Positions 8,715 to 17,888 of a DNA stretch of 62,310 bases are shown here, piece by piece (position 1 is the first letter of the stretch; each line of letters opens with the position of its first letter). This DNA comes from Anaerolineae bacterium (lineage in GTDB: Bacteria; Chloroflexota; Anaerolineae; B4-G1; SLSP01), in contig DAOUFX010000184.1 of the NCBI GenBank assembly GCA_034429675.1, positions 1 through 62,310 on the forward strand, in the 5' to 3' direction. The notes below the pieces were generated by a model that was given only the letters and a program-made list of their open reading frames with translations, made no database searches and was not told where the DNA came from. Position numbers and translations under genes: made by a program.

Positions 8715-9335
8715 TTGTCTGAGGAACCTTTAGAGGTTACAGAGCCGTCGCCCAAACCAGAAGAGGAGGAAGAAACTTCTCTAAGTCGGTCTTTTGGTAT
8801 CCGTTCCTGGCTTCAGGATGCGTTGGAAACATTGCTTCTGGCGATCATACTCTTTTTGGCTATTAATACTTTGACAGGGCGTTATCAAGTTCATGGACAA
8901 AGTATGGAACCTAGTTTGTACGATGGTCAATATTTGATTGCCAGCAAAGTGGCTTATTGGCTCCATTTGCCCGAACGTGGAGATATCGTGGTTTTGGATC
9001 CTCCTAATCAGCAGAGTGAAGTTCCGTATATTAAACGTGTGATTGGGCTGCCGGGCGATGTTGTAGAAGTGCGCGACCAGCGGGTGTGGGTAAACGGGAT
9101 ATCTCTTGCTGAACCTTATATCAAAGCCGCCCCCAATTACACCGGTAATTGGGTGGTGGATGAGGAAATGTATTTGGTGCTTGGCGACAACCGCAACAAT
9201 TCCAGCGATTCTCATGCCTGGGGGTTGTTGCCAAAATCGAATATTTTGGGAAAAGCTATCTTCTGCTATTGGCCTCCAGAACGTTGGGGGGCCATACCGC
9301 ACTATAGTTACGGGGAATTTGAGTCGGCCCGTTAG
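8715..9335 (+). CDS. lepB: signal peptidase I (paralog 1)
   Basis: TM anchor LLLAIILFLAINTL, catalytic Ser box GQSMEPSL, Lys box YIKRVIGLPGD, and GDNRNNSSDSHAWG. TTG start after GGAGG. Confidence 0.9.
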   Translation: MSEEPLEVTEPSPKPEEEEETSLSRSFGIRSWLQDALETLLLAIILFLAINTLTGRYQVHGQSMEPSLYDGQYLIASKVAYWLHLPERGDIVVLDPPNQQSEVPYIKRVIGLPGDVVEVRDQRVWVNGISLAEPYIKAAPNYTGNWVVDEEMYLVLGDNRNNSSDSHAWGLLPKSNILGKAIFCYWPPERWGAIPHYSYGEFESAR

Positions 9336-9370
9336 CGAGCTGTTCATCTCTGAACCGATATTGTGGGTGA

Positions 9371-10054
9371 ATGATGAGTACAGATTTTGTGCGCGGAACA
9401 GAGTCAGAGTGTGAAACCGATGCGGGGCGTCTACGCGAAGGGTCTTCTTCACATACTATGGAAGAGTATCCGCAAGAGGGCGGTGAAACGACTTCTTTTC
9501 AAACACGTGGTGCGGCGTTGCGGTTTTGGCTTCGTGATCTTCTGGAAACCTTTTTGTTGGCGACCGTCATTTTCTTGCTGGTGAATACGCTTACAGGACG
9601 TTACGAAGTGCAATCCGTCAGTATGGAACCGACATTATATGAGGGACAGTATTTGATCGTCAGCAAGATATCCTATTGGTTTCACTCTCCTGAACGTGGG
9701 GATATTGTAGTTCTCGATCCTCCTAACGGACAGAGTGAGATTCCATATATTAAGCGCATTGTTGGCTTACCCGGTGAGGCGGTTGAGATTCACGATGGCC
9801 GGGTCTGGATCAATGGTGTTGCTCTTAATGAGCCCTATATCAGTAGTCCGCCCAGTTATCAGCAGACACGTGTATTGAGTGCCGATGAGTATCTGGTATT
9901 GGGCGATAACCGCAACAATTCCAGTGATTCACATGTTTGGGGAGCTTTGCCGCGCGATCATATTATTGGGAAATCTGTTTTCCGTTATTGGCCACCGGCT
10001 AAGTTGGGGTTAATGCCACATTATCAATTCTCCGAGCTTGAAGCCGCGCCATAA
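9371..10054 (+). CDS. lepB: signal peptidase I (paralog 2)
   Basis: Same boxes as paralog 1 (VSMEPTL, YIKRIVGLPGE, GDNRNNSSDSHVWG). It is a diverged tandem copy, and the exact start is uncertain. Confidence 0.9.
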   Translation: MMSTDFVRGTESECETDAGRLREGSSSHTMEEYPQEGGETTSFQTRGAALRFWLRDLLETFLLATVIFLLVNTLTGRYEVQSVSMEPTLYEGQYLIVSKISYWFHSPERGDIVVLDPPNGQSEIPYIKRIVGLPGEAVEIHDGRVWINGVALNEPYISSPPSYQQTRVLSADEYLVLGDNRNNSSDSHVWGALPRDHIIGKSVFRYWPPAKLGLMPHYQFSELEAAP

Positions 10055-10081
10055 TAACAGGGTGCTTGAAGAGGCCTTTGA

Positions 10082-10354
10082 ATGAATTATCCTTGTCCTA
10101 ATTGTTCTTTTGGAAATCTGAAGCCTATCAAGGTCACCTACGTGCGTCGCTGGGGAGCCAGGTTTATTACGGTGCCCAATTTTTCAGCCTGGCGTTGTGA
10201 TTCGTGCAACTATACCCGTTATGACGCCGCCGCTCTTACTCGCCTGGAGCTGATTCTCGGCCCAGATATTGACGATTGGTCTGATATCTCTTTTCAACGA
10301 CATCCACCATCGGAAGGACCGGGCGAACGTGGCCCCCGGCGTTGGCCTTCTTAA
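10082..10354 (+). CDS. YgiT-type zinc-finger protein (90 aa)
   Basis: CPNC..(x31)..CDSCNY with the 'VP..SAWRC..C' arrangement typical of the YgiT/MqsA N-terminal Zn ribbon. No HTH domain follows. Confidence 0.6.
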   Translation: MNYPCPNCSFGNLKPIKVTYVRRWGARFITVPNFSAWRCDSCNYTRYDAAALTRLELILGPDIDDWSDISFQRHPPSEGPGERGPRRWPS

Positions 10355-10469
10355 ATGCCAGATTCTATGGTCGCTTTGTTGGTCTTGTTGCGCATGGAAA
10401 TCAGCTTCTCCTCATAGTTTATTCTCAATTTTTGGAAATAACCGATTTGCGTTTCCCTTCCACTTGTTT

Positions 10470-10497
10470 TTGACTAGATTGCAACTCGTGGTATAAT
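10470..10497 (+). promoter_or_regulatory. strong sigma70 promoter with extended -10 (TTGACT-16-TGgTATAAT) for rpoB
   Basis: TTGACT at 10470-10475 and TGGTATAAT at 10489-10497. It leaves a ~115-nt leader with two short hairpins before rpoB. Confidence 0.6.
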
Positions 10498-10617
10498 GAC
10501 CTGTCGCTTATCCTAACCGATTTGTTTGTTTGGGTATGGTATAAATTGGGGCGCAAGTCGGTTGGCCCCACGAGGGCATAATCTCGTGGTTATTAAAGGA
10601 AGACTGCCGGGAGGAAT

Positions 10618-13600
10618 GTGAGTAGAATGGCTGTAGCTGATCTTGGATTTAAGTCTTACGCGAGTATTCTGAGCGCTTTGCCGCTGCCGGGTTTGGTCGA
10701 AGTCCAACTGAAATCGTATGAGTGGTTATTGACCGAGGGCTTGTATCAGCTCTTTGATGAAATTTCGCCGATTGATAGTTTCAACGGCCTCCTTAGTCTG
10801 TACTTTCCTAGCACAAAGGCCCAAGAGAATGGATTTGATTTGGGTTATCGCTTCGGGGAACCCAAACATTGCCAGGCGGAATGTGAAGATCGTGATTTGA
10901 CGTTCGCGGTCCCGATTTACGTTGAAGTTGCCCTGGTCAATCGTGAAACCAGTGAGCTGGTTCAGCAGGAAATCTTCCTGGGGGATTTGCCGCTGATGAC
11001 GGAGAATGCAACCTTCATCATCAACGGTACTGAGCGTGTTGTTGTCAGCCAGCTGATCCGTTCTCCTGGTGTCTATTTCGGCGTGGATGATGATGCCGGG
11101 CGCCGCCTGGCGACGGCGAAGCTGATTCCTGATCGTGGAGCCTGGATGGAGTTCGAAACGCGCAAGTCGGGATATTTGACGTTGCGCTTTAATCGCAAAC
11201 GCACAATCCCAGTCACGATCTTTTTGCGCGCCCTGGCTGCCGTCAGCGATCAACTCCACAGCGAGGACCTGTCGTTGGGGAGCGACGAAGAGTTGTTGCA
11301 GTTGTTCGGCGAGGCAGACAATGATCCTGATCATCCCTGGATCGCCAATACGATCCGGCAAGAGCCAAGTTGGGAATCCAAATCTGGGCGTTCGGTAGCT
11401 GAAGAGGCCATTATCGAATTTTATCGCCGTATGCGCCCTGGCGATCCACCGACATTGGAAAATGCTCAGGAATATATGGTTTCTCAGCTTTTTGATCCCC
11501 AACGCTATAATTTGCAGCGAGTCGGGCGGTACAAGCTGAATCAACGTATGCAGATCAGTGTGCCGATGTCTGTGCGCACAATCACCAAGACCGATATCAT
11601 CGCTTTGGTGCGTCGGATGATTCATATCAATAACGGGGTTGCTGGACCAGACGATATGGACCATTTAGGGAATCGCCGCGTCAAGACGGTCGGCGAATTG
11701 GTGCAGGCGAAGATTCGGGTCGGGCTGGTGCGCATGGAGCGCGTGGTCAAGGAGCGGATGAGTATCCGCGAAGAGTCTCCTACACCGGTAAATTTGATTA
11801 ATATTCGCCCGGTGGTTGCTGCGATTCGTGAGTTCTTTGGCTCCAGCCAGCTTTCACAGTTTATGGAGCAGACCAATCCTCTCTCTAGCCTGACTCACAA
11901 GCGCACTTTGTCGGCTTTGGGGCCAGGCGGGTTGCGCCGTGAACGCGCCGGCTTTGATGTGCGCGATGTTCATAACAGCCACTATGGTCGTATCTGCCCT
12001 ATTGAAACCCCTGAAGGACCGAACATCGGTTTGATCGGGCGCCTCTCAACGTATGGGCGGGTCAATGATTTAGGGTTTATTGAAACTCCCTATCGCCGTG
12101 TCGTCCGTACGGTGCATAACACAGTTGATCAATTGCTCGACGAGAAGCTGCGCGAAGACGTCACCGATCCCACTACTGGTGAAGTGGTCGTGGCGGCAGG
12201 TACCAAGATCACACAAGATGTCGCCGAAACGATCGCTGCACTTTCGTTAACCGAGCCGGTGCGTATTATGCCGCGTGTCACCGACGAGGTTGTTTATCTC
12301 TCGGCTGATCGCGAAGAACCCTACGTGATTGCACAGGCCAATGCTGCGTTGGATGACGATGGATATTTTATTGATGATCGTGTCGCTGTACGCAAGAGCG
12401 ACGGGTTTACGCTGACCAACCCTTCCCGTATTGACTACATTGACGTGGCTCCTATCCAGATTGTGGGCGTTTCGGCAGCATTGATCCCCTTCCTTGAACA
12501 CGATGATGCGAACCGTGCTCTTATGGGATCGAATATGCAACGCCAGGCCGTTCCCTTGATCCGACCGGAATCTCCTTATGTCGGCACAGGAATTGAACCC
12601 GCCGCAGCATTGAATTCGGGCCTGGTCATGCTTTCAAAGGGCGCCGGAGTCGTCGTCAGTGTTACCGGTGATCGCGTTGTTGTGAGTCAGGATGACGGCG
12701 AGGTGATGACTTACAACCTGAAGAAGTACATGCGTTCTAACCAGAGCACCTGTATAGATCAGCGTCCTATTGTCGTCAAGGGTCAGCGTGTTGAAAAGGG
12801 TGATGTTCTGGCCGATAGCTCTTCGACTGAAGGTGGGCAACTCGCCTTAGGCCAGAATGTGTTGGTAGCGTTTATGTCGTGGGAAGGTGGCAACTATGAG
12901 GATGCTATCTTGCTCAGCGAGCATTTGGTACGCGAGGATCGTTTTACCTCCGTTCATATTGACAAGCACGAGCTTGCCGCCCGCGATACAAAATTGGGAC
13001 CAGAGGAAGTAACACGGGAAATCCCCAATGTCTCTGATGATGCCCTGCGCGATCTCGACGAAGAGGGCATCGTTCGCATCGGCGCTGAGGTCAACCCATT
13101 GGATATTTTGGTGGGAAAGATCACGCCCAAAGGCGAAAAGGAACTTACCCCAGAAGAAAAACTCTTGCGGGCAATCTTTGGCGAAAAGCTGCGCGACGTT
13201 AAGGATACCAGCTTGCGTATGCCTCATGGCGCTCACGGTAAGATTGTGGAAATCAAAGTGTTTGATCGTGAGGAATATCGTGACCTGCCGGCCGGAGTGG
13301 AGAAAATTGTGCGGGTCAGCGTTGCCCAACGTCGAAAAATCACCGAGGGTGATAAGATGGCCGGCCGTCATGGGAACAAAGGTGTGATTTCGAAGATTGT
13401 GCCCATCGAAGATATGCCATTCTTGCACGATGGAACATCTCTTGAGGTTATTTTGAACCCGCTTGGTGTTCCTGGCCGAATGAACATCGGGCAGATTTTG
13501 GAGACGCATCTGGGGTGGGCCTCTTTCCGTTTGGGTTTCCGCACGATTACTCCCGTTTTTGACGGGGCAAATGAGATCGAGATTGCGGCAGAGCTGGCGC

Positions 13601-14529
13601 GCGCCTGGTTAATTGACAAAGCCTGGGCCGATATTATGGAGCGCACTTGGACCTGGCTTAAGGCTCAGGAATACCCGCTGGAGACTTTGTTGGATGATGA
13701 AGAGGCCCGCCTTTTGTATATCGTCTCGTGGCTGTCACCCAAGAGCTATGATGTTAACATGTTGCGTGCCGATCAAAACTATGCCCGCCGTGCAGTTTTG
13801 CGGGAATGGCTAAGAGAAAAGGGGTATGATCCGGCAACGTTGCTTTCTTTTGAAGACGATCGCCGTCCTTCAGGGAAACGCCACTCTGTGGATCAGAAGG
13901 CTCAGGCAGTCTGCTTGCAACTCTGGATGGAAGAACAGGGGCAGGATGTTGCCGCCCTTTCTGATGAAGAAATCATTTTGGCGGCTACGGAGTATAGTTA
14001 TAAGTTTAGCGCTCCTCTGCCCACACTGGGGAAGATGATTGTATACAATGGAAAGACGGGTGAGCCCTTCGATCAGCCGGTAACCGTTGGCATTATCTAT
14101 ATGTTGAAGTTGCACCATCTGGTGGAAGATAAAGTTCACACTCGTTCTACGGGCCCCTATTCCCTGGTTACTCAACAACCTTTGGGAGGAAAGGCGCAAT
14201 TCGGCGGTCAGCGGTTTGGTGAAATGGAAGTTTGGGCACTTGAAGCCTACGGTGCCGCCTATACACTTCAAGAGATGTTGACGATTAAGTCCGATGATGT
14301 CCAGGGTCGTGTGAAGGCATACGAAGCGATTGTTAAGGGCATGCCTATTGAGGAGCCGGGTATTCCGGCATCCTTTAAAGTGTTGGTGAAAGAATTGCAG
14401 AGCCTGGCATTAGCTGTGGAAGCCATTACCGATTCTGGGGAGGTGTTGCGCTTTGGACGTGACGAGCGTCGTATGCAACTGCCGAAACTGGGGATGGGCT
14501 TGTTGGGATTGACACCCAGAGAGCAATAA
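10618..14529 (+). CDS. rpoB: DNA-directed RNA polymerase subunit beta
   Basis: Unambiguous conserved blocks ([57 protein letters not shown]). The start (GTG 10618 or ATG 10627) is uncertain. Confidence 0.97.
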   Translation: MSRMAVADLGFKSYASILSALPLPGLVEVQLKSYEWLLTEGLYQLFDEISPIDSFNGLLSLYFPSTKAQENGFDLGYRFGEPKHCQAECEDRDLTFAVPIYVEVALVNRETSELVQQEIFLGDLPLMTENATFIINGTERVVVSQLIRSPGVYFGVDDDAGRRLATAKLIPDRGAWMEFETRKSGYLTLRFNRKRTIPVTIFLRALAAVSDQLHSEDLSLGSDEELLQLFGEADNDPDHPWIANTIRQEPSWESKSGRSVAEEAIIEFYRRMRPGDPPTLENAQEYMVSQLFDPQRYNLQRVGRYKLNQRMQISVPMSVRTITKTDIIALVRRMIHINNGVAGPDDMDHLGNRRVKTVGELVQAKIRVGLVRMERVVKERMSIREESPTPVNLINIRPVVAAIREFFGSSQLSQFMEQTNPLSSLTHKRTLSALGPGGLRRERAGFDVRDVHNSHYGRICPIETPEGPNIGLIGRLSTYGRVNDLGFIETPYRRVVRTVHNTVDQLLDEKLREDVTDPTTGEVVVAAGTKITQDVAETIAALSLTEPVRIMPRVTDEVVYLSADREEPYVIAQANAALDDDGYFIDDRVAVRKSDGFTLTNPSRIDYIDVAPIQIVGVSAALIPFLEHDDANRALMGSNMQRQAVPLIRPESPYVGTGIEPAAALNSGLVMLSKGAGVVVSVTGDRVVVSQDDGEVMTYNLKKYMRSNQSTCIDQRPIVVKGQRVEKGDVLADSSSTEGGQLALGQNVLVAFMSWEGGNYEDAILLSEHLVREDRFTSVHIDKHELAARDTKLGPEEVTREIPNVSDDALRDLDEEGIVRIGAEVNPLDILVGKITPKGEKELTPEEKLLRAIFGEKLRDVKDTSLRMPHGAHGKIVEIKVFDREEYRDLPAGVEKIVRVSVAQRRKITEGDKMAGRHGNKGVISKIVPIEDMPFLHDGTSLEVILNPLGVPGRMNIGQILETHLGWASFRLGFRTITPVFDGANEIEIAAELARAWLIDKAWADIMERTWTWLKAQEYPLETLLDDEEARLLYIVSWLSPKSYDVNMLRADQNYARRAVLREWLREKGYDPATLLSFEDDRRPSGKRHSVDQKAQAVCLQLWMEEQGQDVAALSDEEIILAATEYSYKFSAPLPTLGKMIVYNGKTGEPFDQPVTVGIIYMLKLHHLVEDKVHTRSTGPYSLVTQQPLGGKAQFGGQRFGEMEVWALEAYGAAYTLQEMLTIKSDDVQGRVKAYEAIVKGMPIEEPGIPASFKVLVKELQSLALAVEAITDSGEVLRFGRDERRMQLPKLGMGLLGLTPREQ

Positions 14530-14534
14530 AGCGG

Positions 14535-14562
14535 TTGACCTTTTTGTGCTTTGTGGTAGAAT
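14535..14562 (+). promoter_or_regulatory. sigma70 promoter with extended -10 (TTGACC-16-TGgTAGAAT) for the str operon
   Basis: TTGACC at 14535-14540 and TGGTAGAAT at 14554-14562, immediately after the rpoB stop. A ~150-nt leader contains the hairpin AGGCCATC/GATGGCCT (14634-14658). Confidence 0.55.
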
Positions 14563-14715
14563 CCTGCTTTGTTGATGGAAGCGGCTACAAACCCCGTTTC
14601 CAACATCTTAACAAAAACCGGTCTACAATGAAGAGGCCATCGCAGCGTAGGATGGCCTTGTTTGCTGAAAATTAGTATAGTCGTGCCTTAGTAAGGCATT
14701 CAACAGGAGGAAAAA

Positions 14716-15138
14716 GTGCCCACAATTAATCAGTTGGTGCGCAAGGGTCGTAACCTTCAGGCGAAGAAGTCTAAGTCTCCCGCGATGTTATATAACATCA
14801 ATACAAAGAAGGGTGGGCGACGGACTCGCGTCAAGGGCGGCAATCCGCAAAAGCGTGGTGTGTGTACTGTCGTACGCACGGAGACCCCGAAGAAACCGAA
14901 CTCTGCCTTGCGGAAAGTAGCGCGCGTGAGACTTTCTAATCGTATTGAGGTGACGGCGTATATTCCTGGCGAGGGACATAACTTGCAGGAGCACTCTGTC
15001 GTTCTGGTGCGTGGTGGTCGTGTAAAAGACTTGCCCGGTGTGCGCTATCACATTGTTCGTGGCAGTTTAGACTCTACGGGTGTAGAGGGTCGTCATCAGC
15101 AGCGTTCCAAGTATGGAACCAAGCGTGCTGAGAAGTAA
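14716..15138 (+). CDS. rpsL: 30S ribosomal protein S12 (140 aa, with internal insertion)
   Basis: [12 protein letters not shown]...[35 protein letters not shown] start after AGGAGGAAAAA. Confidence 0.97.
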   Translation: MPTINQLVRKGRNLQAKKSKSPAMLYNINTKKGGRRTRVKGGNPQKRGVCTVVRTETPKKPNSALRKVARVRLSNRIEVTAYIPGEGHNLQEHSVVLVRGGRVKDLPGVRYHIVRGSLDSTGVEGRHQQRSKYGTKRAEK

Positions 15139-15161
15139 TTAGGAAGCGGAGTGATACAGGT

Positions 15162-15632
15162 ATGTCAAGACGATCTCGTCCTGCAAAGCGTGTAGTTTCG
15201 CCTGATGTTCGTTATGGCAGCGTTGAGGTGCATAAATTCATTAACCGGATGATGCACGGCGGTAAGAAGAGCGTTGCTCGTGGTGTTTTCTATGGCGCGC
15301 TTGACCGAGTTGAAGCTCGCGCCAACAAACCGGGAATCGAAGTTTTCAATGCTGCATTGCAAAATGTAATGCCAGCGCTTGAAGTTCGTCCTCGTCGTGT
15401 CGGTGGTGCCACTTATCAGATCCCTGTCGAGGTGGAATCTCATCGGCAGCTCGCATTAGCTATTCGTTGGATTTTGGAAGCAGCCCGTAAGCGTGGTGGT
15501 CGTGGTATGGCTGAAAAATTGTCAGCGGAACTGATGGATGCTGCCAGTGGTGTGGGTGCCGCTGTTAAGAAACGCGAAGAAACTTTAAAGATGGCAGAGG
15601 CGAATCGCGCGTTTGCTCACCTGCGTTGGTGA
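15162..15632 (+). CDS. rpsG: 30S ribosomal protein S7
   Basis: MSRR..PD.RYGS..V.KFIN.MM..GKKS and a C-terminal [10 protein letters not shown] signature. Position after rpsL. Confidence 0.97.
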   Translation: MSRRSRPAKRVVSPDVRYGSVEVHKFINRMMHGGKKSVARGVFYGALDRVEARANKPGIEVFNAALQNVMPALEVRPRRVGGATYQIPVEVESHRQLALAIRWILEAARKRGGRGMAEKLSAELMDAASGVGAAVKKREETLKMAEANRAFAHLRW

Positions 15633-15701
15633 ACTGATTCCGTCTGTGATGGTTTTGCAGGCGGCGTAGCAGGGCTGTCGCCGGTGCATGAGGTTTAGGC
15701 G

Positions 15702-17774
15702 ATGGCTAATGAACATTCACTTGAAAATATAAGAAACATTGGGGTGATTGCCCACATTGACGCGGGTAAGACCACGACGACAGAGCGTATCCTTTATTAT
15801 ACGGGTCGTACTCACCGATTGGGCAACGTGGATGAAGGAACAACTGTCACCGACTGGATGATCCAGGAGCGGGAACGTGGTATCACAATCACCTCGGCAG
15901 CTGTAACGTGTTTTTGGCACGGCTACCAGATTAATATTGTTGACACTCCCGGCCATATTGATTTTACGGCCGAAGTGCAGCGTAGTTTACGTGTTTTGGA
16001 TGGCGGTGTAGTGGTTTTTGACGGAACTGCCGGGGTAGAACCTCAATCTGAGACGGTATGGCGACAAGCAAGAGCTTTTGGAGTTCCGCTTCTTGCGTTC
16101 ATTAATAAAATGGATAAGTTGGGGGCGGATTTTGCCCACGCTGTGAGCACTATCGAGCAGCGTTTGCATGCAAAGCCCGTGCCAATTCAGTGGCCGATCG
16201 GTGCTGAAGCCGGTTTTCAAGGGGTAGTAGATTTGCTTGAGTGGCGCGCCTTCGGGTGGCCAGATCAAACGGGGGAGACCGCTCAAGAAATTCCAATTCC
16301 TGATAGTGTAGAACTGGAAGCCGCTGAAGCGCGTGAGGCGATGCTGGAAGCAATAGCGGAGACGGATGACGCATTAACGGTGCGTTATCTTGAGGGAGAG
16401 GTAATCCCTGCATCGGATTTGCGAGTCGCTTTGCGCAAAGCAACGATAGCGGGCGCCCTTCATCCGGTGTTATGTGGTTCGTCCTTGCGTAATAAAGGCA
16501 TCCAATTGTTATTGGATGCTGTGGTTGACTTTTTGCCTTCTCCTTTGGATGTCCCTTCCGTGAAGGGTGAGAATCCAAAAAAAGAGCGAGTAGAGGAACG
16601 GCCATCGGATGAAGAGGCTCCTCTAGTTGCTTTGATCTTTAAAATTGCAACAGACCCTTATGCGGGTCGTCTGGCCTACTTTCGGGTGTATTCCGGGAAA
16701 GTGACGCGTGGCAATGTATATCTGAATGCAAATAAGGGCTCACGTGAGCGTGTGTCTAAGTTGCTCAGGATGTTTGCCGATCATCGCGAAGAAGTTGAGG
16801 AAATCAAAGCTGGTGATATTGGCGCTACGGTAGGATTGAAAAACACTTTCACTGGAGATACATTGGCGGCAATGCATGCTCCGATTATTCTGGAATCTAT
16901 TCGTTTCCCAGAACCGGTTATTGCGGTGGCGGTTGAGCCTAAAACGGTTGCCGATCAAGCCCGATTGAACGATGCTTTACAGCGTCTGGCTGAGGAAGAC
17001 CCGACATTTCAAGTGCGCCTGGATGAGGCTACCGGTCAAACTATCATCTCTGGAATGGGAGAGCTGCATCTGGAGATTTTGATAGATCGGATGCTACGCG
17101 AGTTTAATGTCCAGGCCAATGTTGGGGATCCCCGAGTTTCTTATAAAGAAACGGTGACTCGATCCAGTCAGGCAGAGGCAGTTTTTGATCGAACCCTGGC
17201 TGGGAAATCTCAGTATGCGCGGGTAGTGTTGGAAGTAACCCCGGCAAGTGAGGGGCGTGAGTCGCGGTTTGAAAATACAATGCGTTCGCAGGACCTGATT
17301 CCTTCATTTGTTGAGGCAATCAGAGCTGGGGCGCTTGTCTCGTTGGATAGTGGGGTGCTGGCCGGATACCCACTCGTGGGGATTGTTGTGCGTTTGATTG
17401 ATGCTACCGCCAGCGCTGAACTTTCAACCGAAGTGGCCTTTGAGGCCGCCGCATCCCAAGCTTTTCGACAAGCGGTTGAGGCAGCCTCTCCCGTATTGCT
17501 GGAGCCCGTGATGGATGTGGAGGTTGTGGTGCCTGACGGGTTTGTGGGTGAGGTTCTGGGCGATTTAAACAGTCGTGGAGCTAACATCCAGTTAATGGAG
17601 CCGCGACCGGGAGGAATCCAGGCAATTCGGGCCTATGCTCCTCTGACGAAGATGTTTGAGTATGCTACTGACTTGCGGAGTATGTCGCAGGGACGTGGTA
17701 CGTTTACAATGGAGTTTCACCATTACGATCCGGTGGACTCCCGGCAAATGGAAGCCATTTTATATGGCGCATAA
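15702..17774 (+). CDS. fusA: elongation factor G
   Basis: NIGVIAHIDAGKTTTTERIL, canonical switch I QERERGITITSA, DTPGHIDF and NKMDK. Confidence 0.97.
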   Translation: MANEHSLENIRNIGVIAHIDAGKTTTTERILYYTGRTHRLGNVDEGTTVTDWMIQERERGITITSAAVTCFWHGYQINIVDTPGHIDFTAEVQRSLRVLDGGVVVFDGTAGVEPQSETVWRQARAFGVPLLAFINKMDKLGADFAHAVSTIEQRLHAKPVPIQWPIGAEAGFQGVVDLLEWRAFGWPDQTGETAQEIPIPDSVELEAAEAREAMLEAIAETDDALTVRYLEGEVIPASDLRVALRKATIAGALHPVLCGSSLRNKGIQLLLDAVVDFLPSPLDVPSVKGENPKKERVEERPSDEEAPLVALIFKIATDPYAGRLAYFRVYSGKVTRGNVYLNANKGSRERVSKLLRMFADHREEVEEIKAGDIGATVGLKNTFTGDTLAAMHAPIILESIRFPEPVIAVAVEPKTVADQARLNDALQRLAEEDPTFQVRLDEATGQTIISGMGELHLEILIDRMLREFNVQANVGDPRVSYKETVTRSSQAEAVFDRTLAGKSQYARVVLEVTPASEGRESRFENTMRSQDLIPSFVEAIRAGALVSLDSGVLAGYPLVGIVVRLIDATASAELSTEVAFEAAASQAFRQAVEAASPVLLEPVMDVEVVVPDGFVGEVLGDLNSRGANIQLMEPRPGGIQAIRAYAPLTKMFEYATDLRSMSQGRGTFTMEFHHYDPVDSRQMEAILYGA

Positions 17775-17888
17775 GTGTCAACTCGTGTGACACATTTGAC
17801 CATCTTGAGCGCAGGTTTTGTTTCGTAGGTGGTGCTTTCATTACTAGGTACAAAGCAATAATCAAATAAAAGTAAGGAGAGATTAACA

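Noticed and set aside
8715-10054. Considered that the two lepB copies (and the two M23 copies) might be an assembly duplication artefact.
   Set aside because: The copies differ at many amino-acid and nucleotide positions and have different N-termini, so they are real diverged paralogs.
10082-10354. Considered the YgiT-type Zn-finger ORF as an MqsA-like antitoxin of a toxin-antitoxin pair.
   Set aside because: It has no HTH domain after the Zn ribbon. No small partner ORF is adjacent or overlapping, because the upstream gene is lepB and the downstream region is the rpoB promoter.
10726-11664. 312-aa ORF antisense to rpoB. Similar long antisense or overlapping ORFs include 28797-29690 in secY, 19507-20298 in rplC, 25932-26648 in rpsH/rplF, 3979-4689 in the SARP gene and 61328-62137 in the glycosidase gene.
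   Set aside because: Each lies fully inside a confidently identified gene on the other strand and has no SD or recognisable motif. Their composition is Arg/Pro/Gln/His-rich, as expected from reading a conserved gene backwards.
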